DNA of 64,000 bases. It comes from Bacilli bacterium. Lineage in GTDB: Bacteria; Bacillota_I; Bacilli_A; RF39; UBA660. Each line of letters opens with the position of its first letter. The first letter of the stretch is position 1. The position numbers and the translations under genes are program-made. The notes below the pieces were generated by a model. The model ran no database searches. It saw only the letters and a list, made by a program, of their open reading frames with translations, and was not told the origin of the DNA. This document shows, piece by piece, positions 29,194 to 39,257 of this stretch. The stretch spans positions 4,383-68,382 of the forward strand of contig JAFRIS010000014.1 in assembly GCA_017432665.1 (NCBI GenBank). The letters are read 5' to 3'.

Positions 29194-31449
29194 GTGGCAT
29201 ATCGTGCGAGTAGAAAAAATGAACCAACTACAGAAAGAGATCAAACTAATGCTGAAGCAGTAAAGCATGCTGCTGATGTTGCCCAACATTCGGCTAATCC
29301 TTATGTTAAAGCTGCAGGTACAGCAGTTAATGTAGGGGATAAATTAACTGGTGGGAGAGTTAGTAATAAATTAGGTTCTGCTCTTAGTAATTCTCCTATT
29401 GAAAGAATTAGTAGAAGAGCAGATAATAGTAACATGCTTGAGCGATTAAGGAAGAATAATCCTATAAATAATCCAAATAATCAAGCAAAAGAAAATGAAG
29501 AGAATGTTGAGAATTCAGGAGGAGATAAAAAAGAATCTTCTCCTTCTTCGGGTACTAAGAAAGATGAAAGATCTAGTTCAGATGCAAAGGCTGACTCAAG
29601 ACCCTCAAATAAAAGCGAAAAGGATGAAAAAGACGATAAATCTAGCAATGGAGATTCAAAAATAAAAGCTAAAGTAAGAAGAAGACTAATTATTATAGCC
29701 ATTGCTTTAGTGGGAATATTATTGTTTGTATTAGTTATTATTTCAGCAATTTCAACGCTTTTAGGAGCTCTAGGAGTGTTTGATGATGCTTTAGGTATTA
29801 GTAGTTTTACTGGAGGTAGTACTGGGAATACTAACTATACTGTCACTTCACAAGATCAAGCAGATTTTTATCAAAGAGTTAGTGATGTAGAAATGGATTT
29901 TTTGTCTAAGGGACAAAAAGTTGATTCTTTAAAAATAGTTGCTGTTTATCATATTTTAAAAGAAAATGGTGCTAAAATTAGTTATTCTACTATGACTGAA
30001 AGTGATATTAGGGATATTGCTAGTTCAATGCTAAATGGTGGAATATATGATGAAGCAACATTTAAAAAGAATTTACAGAATAGTATTATTCCAAAGTATT
30101 TGCCTAATTCTACAGTTCAAGAGAGAAGAAATATGGCAAATGGTGTTTTAAAATATGTTGATAATTATTATGAATTTATTAATGAAGAACCACCTAGTAC
30201 TTATAATAACTGTGTTAGTTCTGGTAGTTGTACATATGATATTAAAGGTTATTATATAGGTGGAAAGGGTAATTTAACTCAGAATATTCAAGTATCTGAT
30301 TTATATGTTAGATTGATGCAATGTGGTACTGCTAATGGACATAATTACGGAGGTACATTTGGGCAACCACTTGCTGGAGAAGAATTAGTTCCTTTTGAAA
30401 AATATATTCTAGGAGTTGCTTATCAAGAGATTGGTACTGGTGCTCCAGCAGAGGCCATTAAAGCTCAAATGGTTGCTGCTAGAAGTTATATTTTAGCTAG
30501 ACATGCAGATATGGGTGGCTGGAGAACTTTAAAGAAAGAGTCGGGTAAATGGATTTTACAAGCGGCATCTTGTACTCAAGATCAAGTTTATTGTAATCCT
30601 GATAAAGGTTGTTCAGCATCTGATGGTCAATGGGGACAAGTTTATAGTGGGCAAGGACATGCTGGTAAGCTATCTAAAAATCCATTACCTCAAAGTTCAC
30701 CACTTCGCACTTATGCTAACCAAACTAGTGGAGAAGTACTTACAAATAGCAAAGGATATATTGTTTATAGTGGTTATACACAAACTGAACAAACTAAAAT
30801 GATATCACTTGCTAATCAAGGTTTTTCATATAAACAAATCTTATTACAAATATATAATCAAGGAAGTAGAAACTATGGTGCTACAGCAATAACAAAAGCG
30901 GCTTGTAGTAGTGGCTCATCAGTTAACTGTGGAAGTTCTACAGGAGCTTTTGCTAGTTGGAAACAAGCGGGGGCATCATGGTCTAATGTTAGAATGGGTA
31001 ATAGTGGAAGAACCATTGGACAAATCGGATGTTTAGTTACTTCTATTTCAATGTTAATTGTTAAGAGTGGAGTTCAAACTACGATAGCTAACTTTAATCC
31101 AGGTACTTTTGTACAATTTTTAAATAATAATGGTGGTTTTGATGGATATGGTAATTTACAATACGGACCTATCAGTAAAGCAGCACCATCATTTAGATGG
31201 GTTGATCAAATAGACATAAGTGGCATGAGCAGGGAGCAGAAACTTAATACTATTAGAAATTATCAAAATCAAGGATATTATATGGCTGCTGAAGTAGCTA
31301 CTAGTGGACAACACTGGGTTGCTATAGATTCAGTAAATGGTAATTCAATTAAGATTATGGATCCAGGTTCAAATGTTACTGATTTATGGGGTAGTGGCAA
31401 ATATACTCCACAAAGTACTAGAACATTGAATATATTTAGAGTTGGTTAG
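29194..31449 (+). CDS. T4SS-associated peptidoglycan hydrolase: disordered N-terminus, TM, SpoIID/LytB-like domain and C-terminal CHAP/NlpC-like Cys-His domain
   Basis: SpoIID signature EAIKAQMVAARSYILAR. C-terminal Cys (GQIGCLVTSI) and His (GQHWVAIDSV). GTG start after an AGGTGGTGA RBS. Confidence 0.65.
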   Translation: MAYRASRKNEPTTERDQTNAEAVKHAADVAQHSANPYVKAAGTAVNVGDKLTGGRVSNKLGSALSNSPIERISRRADNSNMLERLRKNNPINNPNNQAKENEENVENSGGDKKESSPSSGTKKDERSSSDAKADSRPSNKSEKDEKDDKSSNGDSKIKAKVRRRLIIIAIALVGILLFVLVIISAISTLLGALGVFDDALGISSFTGGSTGNTNYTVTSQDQADFYQRVSDVEMDFLSKGQKVDSLKIVAVYHILKENGAKISYSTMTESDIRDIASSMLNGGIYDEATFKKNLQNSIIPKYLPNSTVQERRNMANGVLKYVDNYYEFINEEPPSTYNNCVSSGSCTYDIKGYYIGGKGNLTQNIQVSDLYVRLMQCGTANGHNYGGTFGQPLAGEELVPFEKYILGVAYQEIGTGAPAEAIKAQMVAARSYILARHADMGGWRTLKKESGKWILQAASCTQDQVYCNPDKGCSASDGQWGQVYSGQGHAGKLSKNPLPQSSPLRTYANQTSGEVLTNSKGYIVYSGYTQTEQTKMISLANQGFSYKQILLQIYNQGSRNYGATAITKAACSSGSSVNCGSSTGAFASWKQAGASWSNVRMGNSGRTIGQIGCLVTSISMLIVKSGVQTTIANFNPGTFVQFLNNNGGFDGYGNLQYGPISKAAPSFRWVDQIDISGMSREQKLNTIRNYQNQGYYMAAEVATSGQHWVAIDSVNGNSIKIMDPGSNVTDLWGSGKYTPQSTRTLNIFRVG

Positions 31450-31457
31450 GTGATAAT

Positions 31458-32231
31458 ATGTGGAAAAGATATGTTCCGTTAATAATTGTTATGATTATTG
31501 TAGGAGTGACAATGTTTCTCCTATATGGATTAGACTCATTACGCCGAGAAAAGTATGAAACAGCCATAGTAGTTGGTGATAATACATCTTGGATATATAA
31601 GAAAAAAAGATGGATTAAAGTTAGTAGTGCTAATGCTTTTGAAGATTTAAATTGGAAAAATTTTGAAGTATATGAAAATAACGAAAGAGTTGGATCATAT
31701 AACTTATGGCATGATGATAAATGGTATGTTTTTGATGACAAAAGAAATGCCATTAATATTGAAGGTGAAATGTTAGCATATCGTTCTAATTATGATATTA
31801 CTATGGATGAATTTAGTAAGGAAGAAATTACTGATAATACTTACGTTAATACTGTTTTAACCGATCATAATTTATCGAATGATAATAAGTTTACTACTTC
31901 TTATAAGACTAGTGTGGATATTGATCACGACGGTAGTCTTGAAGAGTTTTATGTTATAAGTAATGTGTTTCCTCTAAATTTTCAACCAGAGAAGATTTTC
32001 TCATTTGTATTTATGGTAAAAGATGAAACAATCTATTATTTATATGAAGATGTTGCAGATTATAGAGTTTATGCAGGATGTTCTCCAGATATAATTACTT
32101 TTATTGATGCAAATGCTGATAATAATGATGAATTAATAGTTAGTTGTTTTCAATATAGTAATTTAGGGAGAGTAGATATGTTATATAACTTTAATGGAGA
32201 AAACTTTAAAATATTAATTTCTAATCAATAA
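31458..32231 (+). CDS. N-anchored protein in the VirB8/TcpC position (unverified)
   Basis: 257 aa with a single N-terminal TM. The call rests on position only. Confidence 0.3.
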   Translation: MWKRYVPLIIVMIIVGVTMFLLYGLDSLRREKYETAIVVGDNTSWIYKKKRWIKVSSANAFEDLNWKNFEVYENNERVGSYNLWHDDKWYVFDDKRNAINIEGEMLAYRSNYDITMDEFSKEEITDNTYVNTVLTDHNLSNDNKFTTSYKTSVDIDHDGSLEEFYVISNVFPLNFQPEKIFSFVFMVKDETIYYLYEDVADYRVYAGCSPDIITFIDANADNNDELIVSCFQYSNLGRVDMLYNFNGENFKILISNQ

Positions 32232-32287
32232 TTAATGACAGTTTTCAAAAGTTAAGTTATAATATATACGAGAAAGAAGGGACAAAT

Positions 32288-34633
32288 ATGAAGTTTAGGT
32301 TTAGAGCTGATCCAGATGATTTACTTATCTTTGGTGTATTTGCTGGTTTTTTGCTTTTTATAGTAGCTTTAGTAGTATCAAATTTACATACTATGTCAGC
32401 TGATGGACACTTATCTGGACTAAATCCATTTCCAGCTTTTGCTCCAGATATGATTTTATCAACACTTGCTTTATATTTATTAGTATTGCTTGGCTTGTTT
32501 GCTAGTGTTAGTTCTATGTTTTTTGAAAGAGAAGAAGGACTTGGTATAAGAGCTAGTAAAAAAGATAAGGGTTATTCTAGATGGGCTAAGGCAAAAGAGA
32601 TTCAAGAAGAATTAGAACGTGTTGAAATTAACATGAAAAGTAGTAGAGCTGCTGGGATACCATTATTAATTAATGAACAAGAAATGTGGGTTGATAACGG
32701 AGAATACCATTCTTTAGTAATTGGTGCTACTGGTTCTGGTAAAACTCAAACAGTAGTATTACCTATGGTACATAGTTTAGCTAAGGCAAAAGAGTCAATG
32801 ATTATTACCGATCCTAAAGGTGAAATTTATGAAAAGACTTCTAATATGCTTAGAGCTCGTGGATATCAAATATTATTACTAAATTTCCGTGATCCTCAAA
32901 ATGGTAATGCTTGGAATCCAATGACTTTACCATATCAAATGTATAAATCTGGTAATCAAGATAAAGCAATAGAGTTATTAGATGACTTGGCTTTAAACAT
33001 CTTATATGATGAATCAAATAAAAATGCTGATCCATTCTGGGAAAAAACATCTGCGGATTACTTTTCTGGAGTAGCACTTGGATTATTTGAAGATGCTAAA
33101 GAAGAAGAAATTAATATTAATAGTATTTCTCTTGCTACTACAGTAGGTGAAGAGAAATTTGGTGGATCTACATATATTAAAGAATATTTTGCTGGTAAAG
33201 ATCCTAATAGTGCCGCAAGTATTAATGCTTCAAGTACTATTATGGCTCCTAGTGAAACAAAGGGAAGTATTTTATCAGTATTTAAACAAAAAGTTAAATT
33301 GTTTGCTTCTCGTGAAAACTTATCTGAAATGTTAAGCTATAGTGATATTGATTTAGAAAGTATTGGAGAAAAGCCAACTGCAGTATTTATTGTTATTCAA
33401 GATGAAAAGAAAACATATCATTCATTAGTTACAATATTATTAAAGCAAATATATGAAACTTTAATTAGAGTTGCTCAAAGACATGGTGGTCAGTTACCAG
33501 TAAGGACAAACTTCTTATTGGATGAGTTTGCTAATATGCCGCCATTAAAAGATGTTACAACTATGATTACAGCTGCTCGTTCTCGTAAAATTAGATTTAC
33601 AATGATTATTCAAAACTTTGCTCAATTAGATGATGTTTATGGTAAAGAAGAGGCAGAGACTATTAAAGGTAACTGTGGTAATATTGTTTATTTGATTACT
33701 ACTGAATTAAAAGCCTTAGAAGAAATATCTAAAATGTGTGGAGAAGAAAAGTCTAAAAAAGATGATAAAACGGCTTCAACACCATTAGTTACAGTTTCAG
33801 ACTTACAGAGAATGAAACAGTTTGAAGTAATTATTTTACGTATGAGAAAGCAACCTTTTAAGACTAAGTTCACACCATACTTTAAGCTTAATTGGGGAGC
33901 AAAATATCCTCCTGCAAAATATCCATCTCGTAAGAAAGAAGAAGTTCATACTTTCGATATAAAAGAATTTGTTAAAACACAAAAGAAAAAGAAGTTATTA
34001 GAGATGATGAATGCAGCAGATGATAGAGATAGGGAAATATCTATGTCTGGAGGAATGATAAGAGAGAATCCATTTGCTGATCAATTACCTCCTGCTTTAA
34101 GAGCAGCTAGGGAAGAGAATAGGATAGAAAGACCAGCTAGAGAAGAAATTCCTAGTTTCTTACGTAGACCTGTTACTGAAGAAAAAGAAGATGAAGATCG
34201 AGATATTAAAGTTCCAACTAGAACTACTAAGATTCCTGATTTTGAAACATTTAAAAGAGAAATGGAATCAACAGATATTGGCTTCAATCCATTTGAAAAT
34301 ATGGTTAGTAAGCCAGCACCTATGACTAAATTAGATGATGAAGATGATGATGACTCTGATGGTGGATTAGACTTTGATGTCGATGAACTAGTTAAGAAAA
34401 TAGATGCTAAGATTGCTGAATTAGAAGCAGAAGAACAAAGAGCTAAAGAGGAAGAAGAAAAAGCTAAGAAAGAAGAAGTTAAAGAACAACAAGAAACTGC
34501 ACAAGAAGTTGAAATTAATAGTATTAATGAAATTACTCAAGATAAACCAGAAGTTACTTCAAAACCAGTTAATTTGAATTTAGATGATGATACTGAAGAT
34601 GATGACTTCTTTGATGATTTCTTTGATAATTAG
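32288..34633 (+). CDS. Type IV coupling protein (VirD4/TraG/TcpA family) with a long acidic C-terminal tail
   Basis: Two N-terminal TM helices, Walker A GATGSGKT and a C-terminal tail of about 250 residues rich in E/D/K. Confidence 0.8.
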   Translation: MKFRFRADPDDLLIFGVFAGFLLFIVALVVSNLHTMSADGHLSGLNPFPAFAPDMILSTLALYLLVLLGLFASVSSMFFEREEGLGIRASKKDKGYSRWAKAKEIQEELERVEINMKSSRAAGIPLLINEQEMWVDNGEYHSLVIGATGSGKTQTVVLPMVHSLAKAKESMIITDPKGEIYEKTSNMLRARGYQILLLNFRDPQNGNAWNPMTLPYQMYKSGNQDKAIELLDDLALNILYDESNKNADPFWEKTSADYFSGVALGLFEDAKEEEININSISLATTVGEEKFGGSTYIKEYFAGKDPNSAASINASSTIMAPSETKGSILSVFKQKVKLFASRENLSEMLSYSDIDLESIGEKPTAVFIVIQDEKKTYHSLVTILLKQIYETLIRVAQRHGGQLPVRTNFLLDEFANMPPLKDVTTMITAARSRKIRFTMIIQNFAQLDDVYGKEEAETIKGNCGNIVYLITTELKALEEISKMCGEEKSKKDDKTASTPLVTVSDLQRMKQFEVIILRMRKQPFKTKFTPYFKLNWGAKYPPAKYPSRKKEEVHTFDIKEFVKTQKKKKLLEMMNAADDRDREISMSGGMIRENPFADQLPPALRAAREENRIERPAREEIPSFLRRPVTEEKEDEDRDIKVPTRTTKIPDFETFKREMESTDIGFNPFENMVSKPAPMTKLDDEDDDDSDGGLDFDVDELVKKIDAKIAELEAEEQRAKEEEEKAKKEEVKEQQETAQEVEINSINEITQDKPEVTSKPVNLNLDDDTEDDDFFDDFFDN

Positions 34634-34648
34634 AAAGGGAGATGAATT

Positions 34649-35902
34649 ATGAGTTTAAAAGAGAATTTAGTAACTCATCCAGATGAAGAAGAAGACACTA
34701 GCGAAGATATGGAAATAGAAGTAGACCAGTTATCTGATGATACCAAGTCTAGTTCATCTGATAGTGCTGCTAAAAGTAAAATGATGAAGTTTATGGGAAT
34801 AATTTTAATAATAACAATTTTATTATTAGTAGTATTATTTATTCTTTCTTATGCTTCACCTAAAACTTATACTTATGAAGAAATAGAAGAAGTTCTTAAG
34901 AAAGCAGCAGTTAGTTATTTTAAAGATCATCCAGAAAGTTTACCTCAAAATGAAGGTAGTATTATTGAGATTGATTCAAGTAATTTAGTAGCTGAAGGAA
35001 AAATGAAAGAATTATCTGAATATGTTAAAGATGATGTTACTTGTACTGGTACAGTTCAAGTAGAATTAGCTGGTAGTAAATATCTATATACACCATATTT
35101 AAATTGTGGAGAAACTTATGCTACTGTTGAACTTTATAAAAAGATAATTGATAATGGGGTAGTAAGTTCTGGATATGGTTTATATGCTAATAGAGGTAGT
35201 TATGTTTATAAGGGTGAGGAAGTAAATAACTATGTTAAATTAGATAATAATTTATGGAGAATAGTTAAGATTACTCCAAATAATAACATTGTACTTATTT
35301 CTAATGAATTAGTTGGATATGGTAATACATGGGATGATCGTTATAACGAAAATAAGACATATGAAGCAGGCATTAACCAATATAGTCTTAGCCGTATCCA
35401 TGATTATTTAGATAAGATTTATGGTCATCCTAGTAAAGCTGAAGAAGATAGAGAAAATATCCTTTCTGCAGAAGATAAGACTAAGTTAGTTTCTTTTGAT
35501 TTATGCGTAGGTAAGAGAAGTCAAAAGAGTGAAGGAAAAGATAATGCTATTGAATGTTCTCAAAAAATGCGTAATCAAAAAATTGGTTTATTAACAGTAG
35601 CTGATTATATGAATGCTAGTTTGGATCCTAACTGTAAAACTACTGTTTCTAAGACTTGTGAAAATTATAATTACTTAGCTCAAGTAAATTCTTGGTGGTT
35701 AATTACTGCTGATAAAGATGATAATTCACAAGTATATGAAATTAGTCAAAGTGGTAAAATAGTTAGTCAGCCAGCATCTACTTATACAGGAGTTAGACCT
35801 GTAGTATATCTAAATAGTAGAGTACTATATAAAGGTGGAAAAGGTACTTTGAAAAAACCATATAATTTATCAGAAATATCAGAAGATGAAAAGAAAAAAT
35901 AG
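34649..35902 (+). CDS. N-anchored surface protein, paralog of 10872-12653 (GVRPV...GGKGT..PY module)
   Basis: Acidic N-terminus, then a TM, then TGVRPVVYLNSRVLYKGGKGTLKKPYNL near the C-terminus. It is the last gene of the block. Confidence 0.55.
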   Translation: MSLKENLVTHPDEEEDTSEDMEIEVDQLSDDTKSSSSDSAAKSKMMKFMGIILIITILLLVVLFILSYASPKTYTYEEIEEVLKKAAVSYFKDHPESLPQNEGSIIEIDSSNLVAEGKMKELSEYVKDDVTCTGTVQVELAGSKYLYTPYLNCGETYATVELYKKIIDNGVVSSGYGLYANRGSYVYKGEEVNNYVKLDNNLWRIVKITPNNNIVLISNELVGYGNTWDDRYNENKTYEAGINQYSLSRIHDYLDKIYGHPSKAEEDRENILSAEDKTKLVSFDLCVGKRSQKSEGKDNAIECSQKMRNQKIGLLTVADYMNASLDPNCKTTVSKTCENYNYLAQVNSWWLITADKDDNSQVYEISQSGKIVSQPASTYTGVRPVVYLNSRVLYKGGKGTLKKPYNLSEISEDEKKK

Positions 35903-35930
35903 GAATCTATGTAAAATAGATTCTTTTTTT
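35903..35930 (+). terminator. Strong rho-independent terminator closing the block
   Basis: GAATCTAT-gtaaa-ATAGATTC followed by a T7 run. Confidence 0.75.
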
Positions 35931-35957
35931 GATATAATAATCTAAGAAGGTGGTTAT

Positions 35958-36536
35958 GTGGATATTGTTAATGCAATAATTGAATATAGTACTAATTTCA
36001 TATCCACAGGAGGAGTTCTATTTGGGTTTTTCTTAGTCTTTATAGAATGCTTTATTCCAATCCTGCCTTTAGGAGTCTTTGTAGCTTTAAATGTTAATGC
36101 TTTTGGTTTTGTCCTAGGTATAATTATTTCTTGGTTAGCTACTTCTCTAGGTAGTATTGTTTGTTATTTGTTATTTGTCTTTATCGATCAAAAGACGACA
36201 GAAAAATTATTTAAGAAAAAGACAATTAGAAAGATTCAAAAGGGAATAGATAAGTTTGATAAAATTTCTTTTACCCAATTAGTATTATTAGTTACTTTAC
36301 CTTTTACTCCATCATGTTTAGTTAATATACTATGTGGTTTGGCAGGAATGAAGAAGAAAAAGTTTATTGCTTCTATCTTAATAGGTAAAGTATTTTCTAT
36401 TACATTTTGGGCCTATATTGGTAAAAGTTTAATTGAGAGTATTACAGATTTTAAATCGATTATCTTTATTGGTATAGCTTTATTATTAGCTTATCTAATA
36501 TCTAAATTAGTTAGTAAAAAATATGAAATAGAATAG
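35958..36536 (+). CDS. DedA/TVP38/TMEM64-family membrane protein
   Basis: 192 aa polytopic protein with the VTT-domain pattern. Confidence 0.65.
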   Translation: MDIVNAIIEYSTNFISTGGVLFGFFLVFIECFIPILPLGVFVALNVNAFGFVLGIIISWLATSLGSIVCYLLFVFIDQKTTEKLFKKKTIRKIQKGIDKFDKISFTQLVLLVTLPFTPSCLVNILCGLAGMKKKKFIASILIGKVFSITFWAYIGKSLIESITDFKSIIFIGIALLLAYLISKLVSKKYEIE

Positions 36537-36546
36537 AGGTGTTATT

Positions 36547-37620
36547 ATGATAGATATAGTTATTATAATTTTATTAGTAATATTAATTATTATTGGAGTT
36601 ATCTCTTTATTTAAAAATATTAATGAAGCTCATATTACTGATAGATTAAGTAATCTAGAACTTAATATGATGAAAGAAATGGGTGACTTTAAAACAGATA
36701 TTACTCGTAATTTTAATGATGATTTTAATAAGTTAAATACCCAAATGGAAAAACGTCTTATGATGATTAATGACAAAGTTAATGAAAGACTTGATCAGAA
36801 TTTCGAAAAGACTAATAAGACATTTATGAATGTCATTGAAAGATTATCTAAGATTGATGAAGCTCAGAAGAAAATAGATAATTTATCTACTGATATTGTT
36901 AGTCTTCAAAGCATTTTAACAGATAAAAAGACTAGAGGTATCTTTGGAGAAGTTAATTTAAAACATATATTAGTAAGTGTCTTTGGAGAGAAAAATGATG
37001 ATATTTATCGTCTTCAATATACTCTTAGTACTGGGGTAATTGCTGATTCAGTGTTATTTGCTCCTGAACCATTAGGTACTATTTGTATTGATTCTAAATT
37101 TCCGTTAGAGAATTATCAAATGATGGTTGATAAAAAATTACCTGCTGAAGTTAGAGATAATTATGAAAAGAAGTTTAAACAAGATATGAAAAAGCATATA
37201 GATGCAATTAGTGATAAATATATTATTTCCGGAGAAACAACTGATCAAGCTATTCTTTTCTTACCAGCAGAAGCAATATTCGCAGAAATAAATGCTTATC
37301 ATCCAGAAATAATTAATTATGCATATCGTAAAAAGGTATGGATTACTAGTCCAACTACATTAATATCTACTTTAACAGTAATTGAAATGATTATTAAGAA
37401 TATTGAAAGAGATAAATATACATCTATTATTCATGAAGAATTAAATAAATTAGGATTAGAATTTGCTAGATATAAAGAAAGATGGGATAAACTAGCTCAT
37501 AGTATCCAAACAGTTAATAAAGATGTAGAAAGTGTACATATTACTACTGAGAAGATTTCTAAGAAATTTGAAAGTATTAATAAAGTAGATGTAGATAAAT
37601 TAATAGAAGAAAAAAAATAG
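36547..37620 (+). CDS. rmuC: DNA recombination protein RmuC
   Basis: N-terminal TM, long coiled-coil and a C-terminal RmuC domain. Confidence 0.7.
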   Translation: MIDIVIIILLVILIIIGVISLFKNINEAHITDRLSNLELNMMKEMGDFKTDITRNFNDDFNKLNTQMEKRLMMINDKVNERLDQNFEKTNKTFMNVIERLSKIDEAQKKIDNLSTDIVSLQSILTDKKTRGIFGEVNLKHILVSVFGEKNDDIYRLQYTLSTGVIADSVLFAPEPLGTICIDSKFPLENYQMMVDKKLPAEVRDNYEKKFKQDMKKHIDAISDKYIISGETTDQAILFLPAEAIFAEINAYHPEIINYAYRKKVWITSPTTLISTLTVIEMIIKNIERDKYTSIIHEELNKLGLEFARYKERWDKLAHSIQTVNKDVESVHITTEKISKKFESINKVDVDKLIEEKK

Positions 37621-37621
37621 A

Positions 37622-38632
37622 CTATTTATAATAGTCTATTTTCATTGCCTTACGAACTTTTTTCATAGTTTCTTCTGCTTTTTTCTTTGCGGCTTCAGTA
37701 CCATCTTTTAATACCTTATCTACTTCTTCAGGATGTTCATCATAGTATTTTCTTCTTTCTTTAATTGGTTGTAGGAACTCTTTCATTGCTTCAATAAGTT
37801 CCTTTTTACATTGAACACATCCACGTTCACCTTTTTTACATTCACTACATATCTTTTTTACATTTTCATCTTTGTTTACTAATTTATGATAGTAATAAAC
37901 CATACATACATCTGGGTCTGCTGGATCATCTTTTTTAATCTTATTAGTATCAGTTAAGGCACCCATTATTTTCCTCTTAATAGTTTCATCATCATCTACT
38001 AAGAAAATAGCATTTCCTAAACTTTTACCCATCTTTTCATTACCATCTAATCCTTTGACTCTAGTTGTTTCACTTAATACTGCTTCTGGTTCTACTAAAG
38101 TATCTCCATAAATAGCATTAAATTTTCTAACTATTTCACGACATTGTTCAATTAAAGGTACTTGATCATCTCCAACTGGAACTAATTCACCTTCAAAAGC
38201 AGTTATATCAGCTGCTTGTGATACAGGGTATCCTAAGAAACCATAAGTAATACTTTCTCCTTCATTGCCAAATAATTCTTTCTTTTGAGCTATTTCAGTT
38301 TTAATAGTAGGATTTCTTTGTAATCTAGATACAGTTACTAAATTACTAAAGAAAACAGTTAATTCAGCTATTTCTGGTATTTGAGATTGAATAAACAAAT
38401 GTACATTTTCTGGTTCTATTCCAATAGCTAATAAATCTTTAGCTATTTCATATGTATTAGTTCTTACTTTATCAGGATTATCAAAATTATCAGTTAAAGC
38501 TTGAACATCAGCAATCTCTAAAAAGAAGTCATAATCATATTGCATCTTAACATAATTTTGTCCTGCTCCAAACAAGTGTCCTAAATGTAAATTACCAGTA
38601 GGTCTCAAACCGGTAAGAATTGTCTTTTTCAT
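37622..38632 (-). CDS. trpS: Tryptophan--tRNA ligase
   Basis: HIGH region TGNLHLGH and KMSKS-region KMGKS. 336 aa, the typical TrpS length. Confidence 0.9.
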   Translation of the reverse strand: MKKTILTGLRPTGNLHLGHLFGAGQNYVKMQYDYDFFLEIADVQALTDNFDNPDKVRTNTYEIAKDLLAIGIEPENVHLFIQSQIPEIAELTVFFSNLVTVSRLQRNPTIKTEIAQKKELFGNEGESITYGFLGYPVSQAADITAFEGELVPVGDDQVPLIEQCREIVRKFNAIYGDTLVEPEAVLSETTRVKGLDGNEKMGKSLGNAIFLVDDDETIKRKIMGALTDTNKIKKDDPADPDVCMVYYYHKLVNKDENVKKICSECKKGERGCVQCKKELIEAMKEFLQPIKERRKYYDEHPEEVDKVLKDGTEAAKKKAEETMKKVRKAMKIDYYK

Positions 38633-38651
38633 AAAAATTCACTCCTTCAAA

Positions 38652-39257
38652 CTATTTTAACACATTATTTAATAAATTTATAAAAATATTTGGATAATAT
38701 AAAAATAAAAATCCAAAGCCAATACCACATAGTGCTCCTAGTAAATGTCCATCATGATATACTTTTTTATTTCCATGAAGCAATCCGTCTTTTAATTCAG
38801 TAGTTACATAGAATAAAAATATTAATACTAAAGTAAGTGGAATTTTACCTTCAGCTATATTAGAAAAGGAACTAAGTACTATTAACATGTAAACATTACC
38901 ACTGGCTCCTAGGATAGTATAATCACTAAATATAATATTATATAAACCAATTATTAATGAAGTAATTAGTAACATAGCAAGTAAATTAATACTACCATAT
39001 TTTTCTTCTATCATTGGTCCTATTAAAAGTATATATAAAAAATTACTAACTAAATGACTCCAATCTTTATGACCAATACTATGGGTAAATAATCTTACAT
39101 AAGTAAGAGGATTTAAGGGGGAACTTCGATAACTACTAAATAGTAGCTTGTTAGTTTTACCTCTAGTAATTGTATTAAGAAGCCAGGCACCCAATGATAC
39201 TAATAGATAAGTTATAATAACTTGTGAATTATAATCAAATTTAATATTCATATTCAT
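38652..39257 (-). CDS. Rhomboid-family intramembrane serine protease
   Basis: GASG serine motif and a downstream His (HLLGALCG) within TM helices. 201 aa. Confidence 0.75.
   Translation of the reverse strand: MNMNIKFDYNSQVIITYLLVSLGAWLLNTITRGKTNKLLFSSYRSSPLNPLTYVRLFTHSIGHKDWSHLVSNFLYILLIGPMIEEKYGSINLLAMLLITSLIIGLYNIIFSDYTILGASGNVYMLIVLSSFSNIAEGKIPLTLVLIFLFYVTTELKDGLLHGNKKVYHDGHLLGALCGIGFGFLFLYYPNIFINLLNNVLK

Noticed and set aside
21259-34287. Further short ORFs antisense to or nested in Tad/T4SS genes (21259-21453, 21698-21925, 24477-24743, 26080-26421, 26144-26521, 26522-26710, 29481-29702, 31436-31753, 32850-33077, 33147-33335, 33688-33873, 34081-34287)
   Set aside because: They are shadow ORFs within confidently called genes. 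None has an RBS or recognisable motifs.
23400-35902. Whether the T4SS module is an integrated conjugative element (ICE)
   Set aside because: No integrase, recombinase, relaxase, oriT-like repeat, replication gene or flanking direct repeats/tRNA were found. It is contiguous with the Tad genes and bounded by housekeeping genes. The idea is kept only as an alternative in the main finding.
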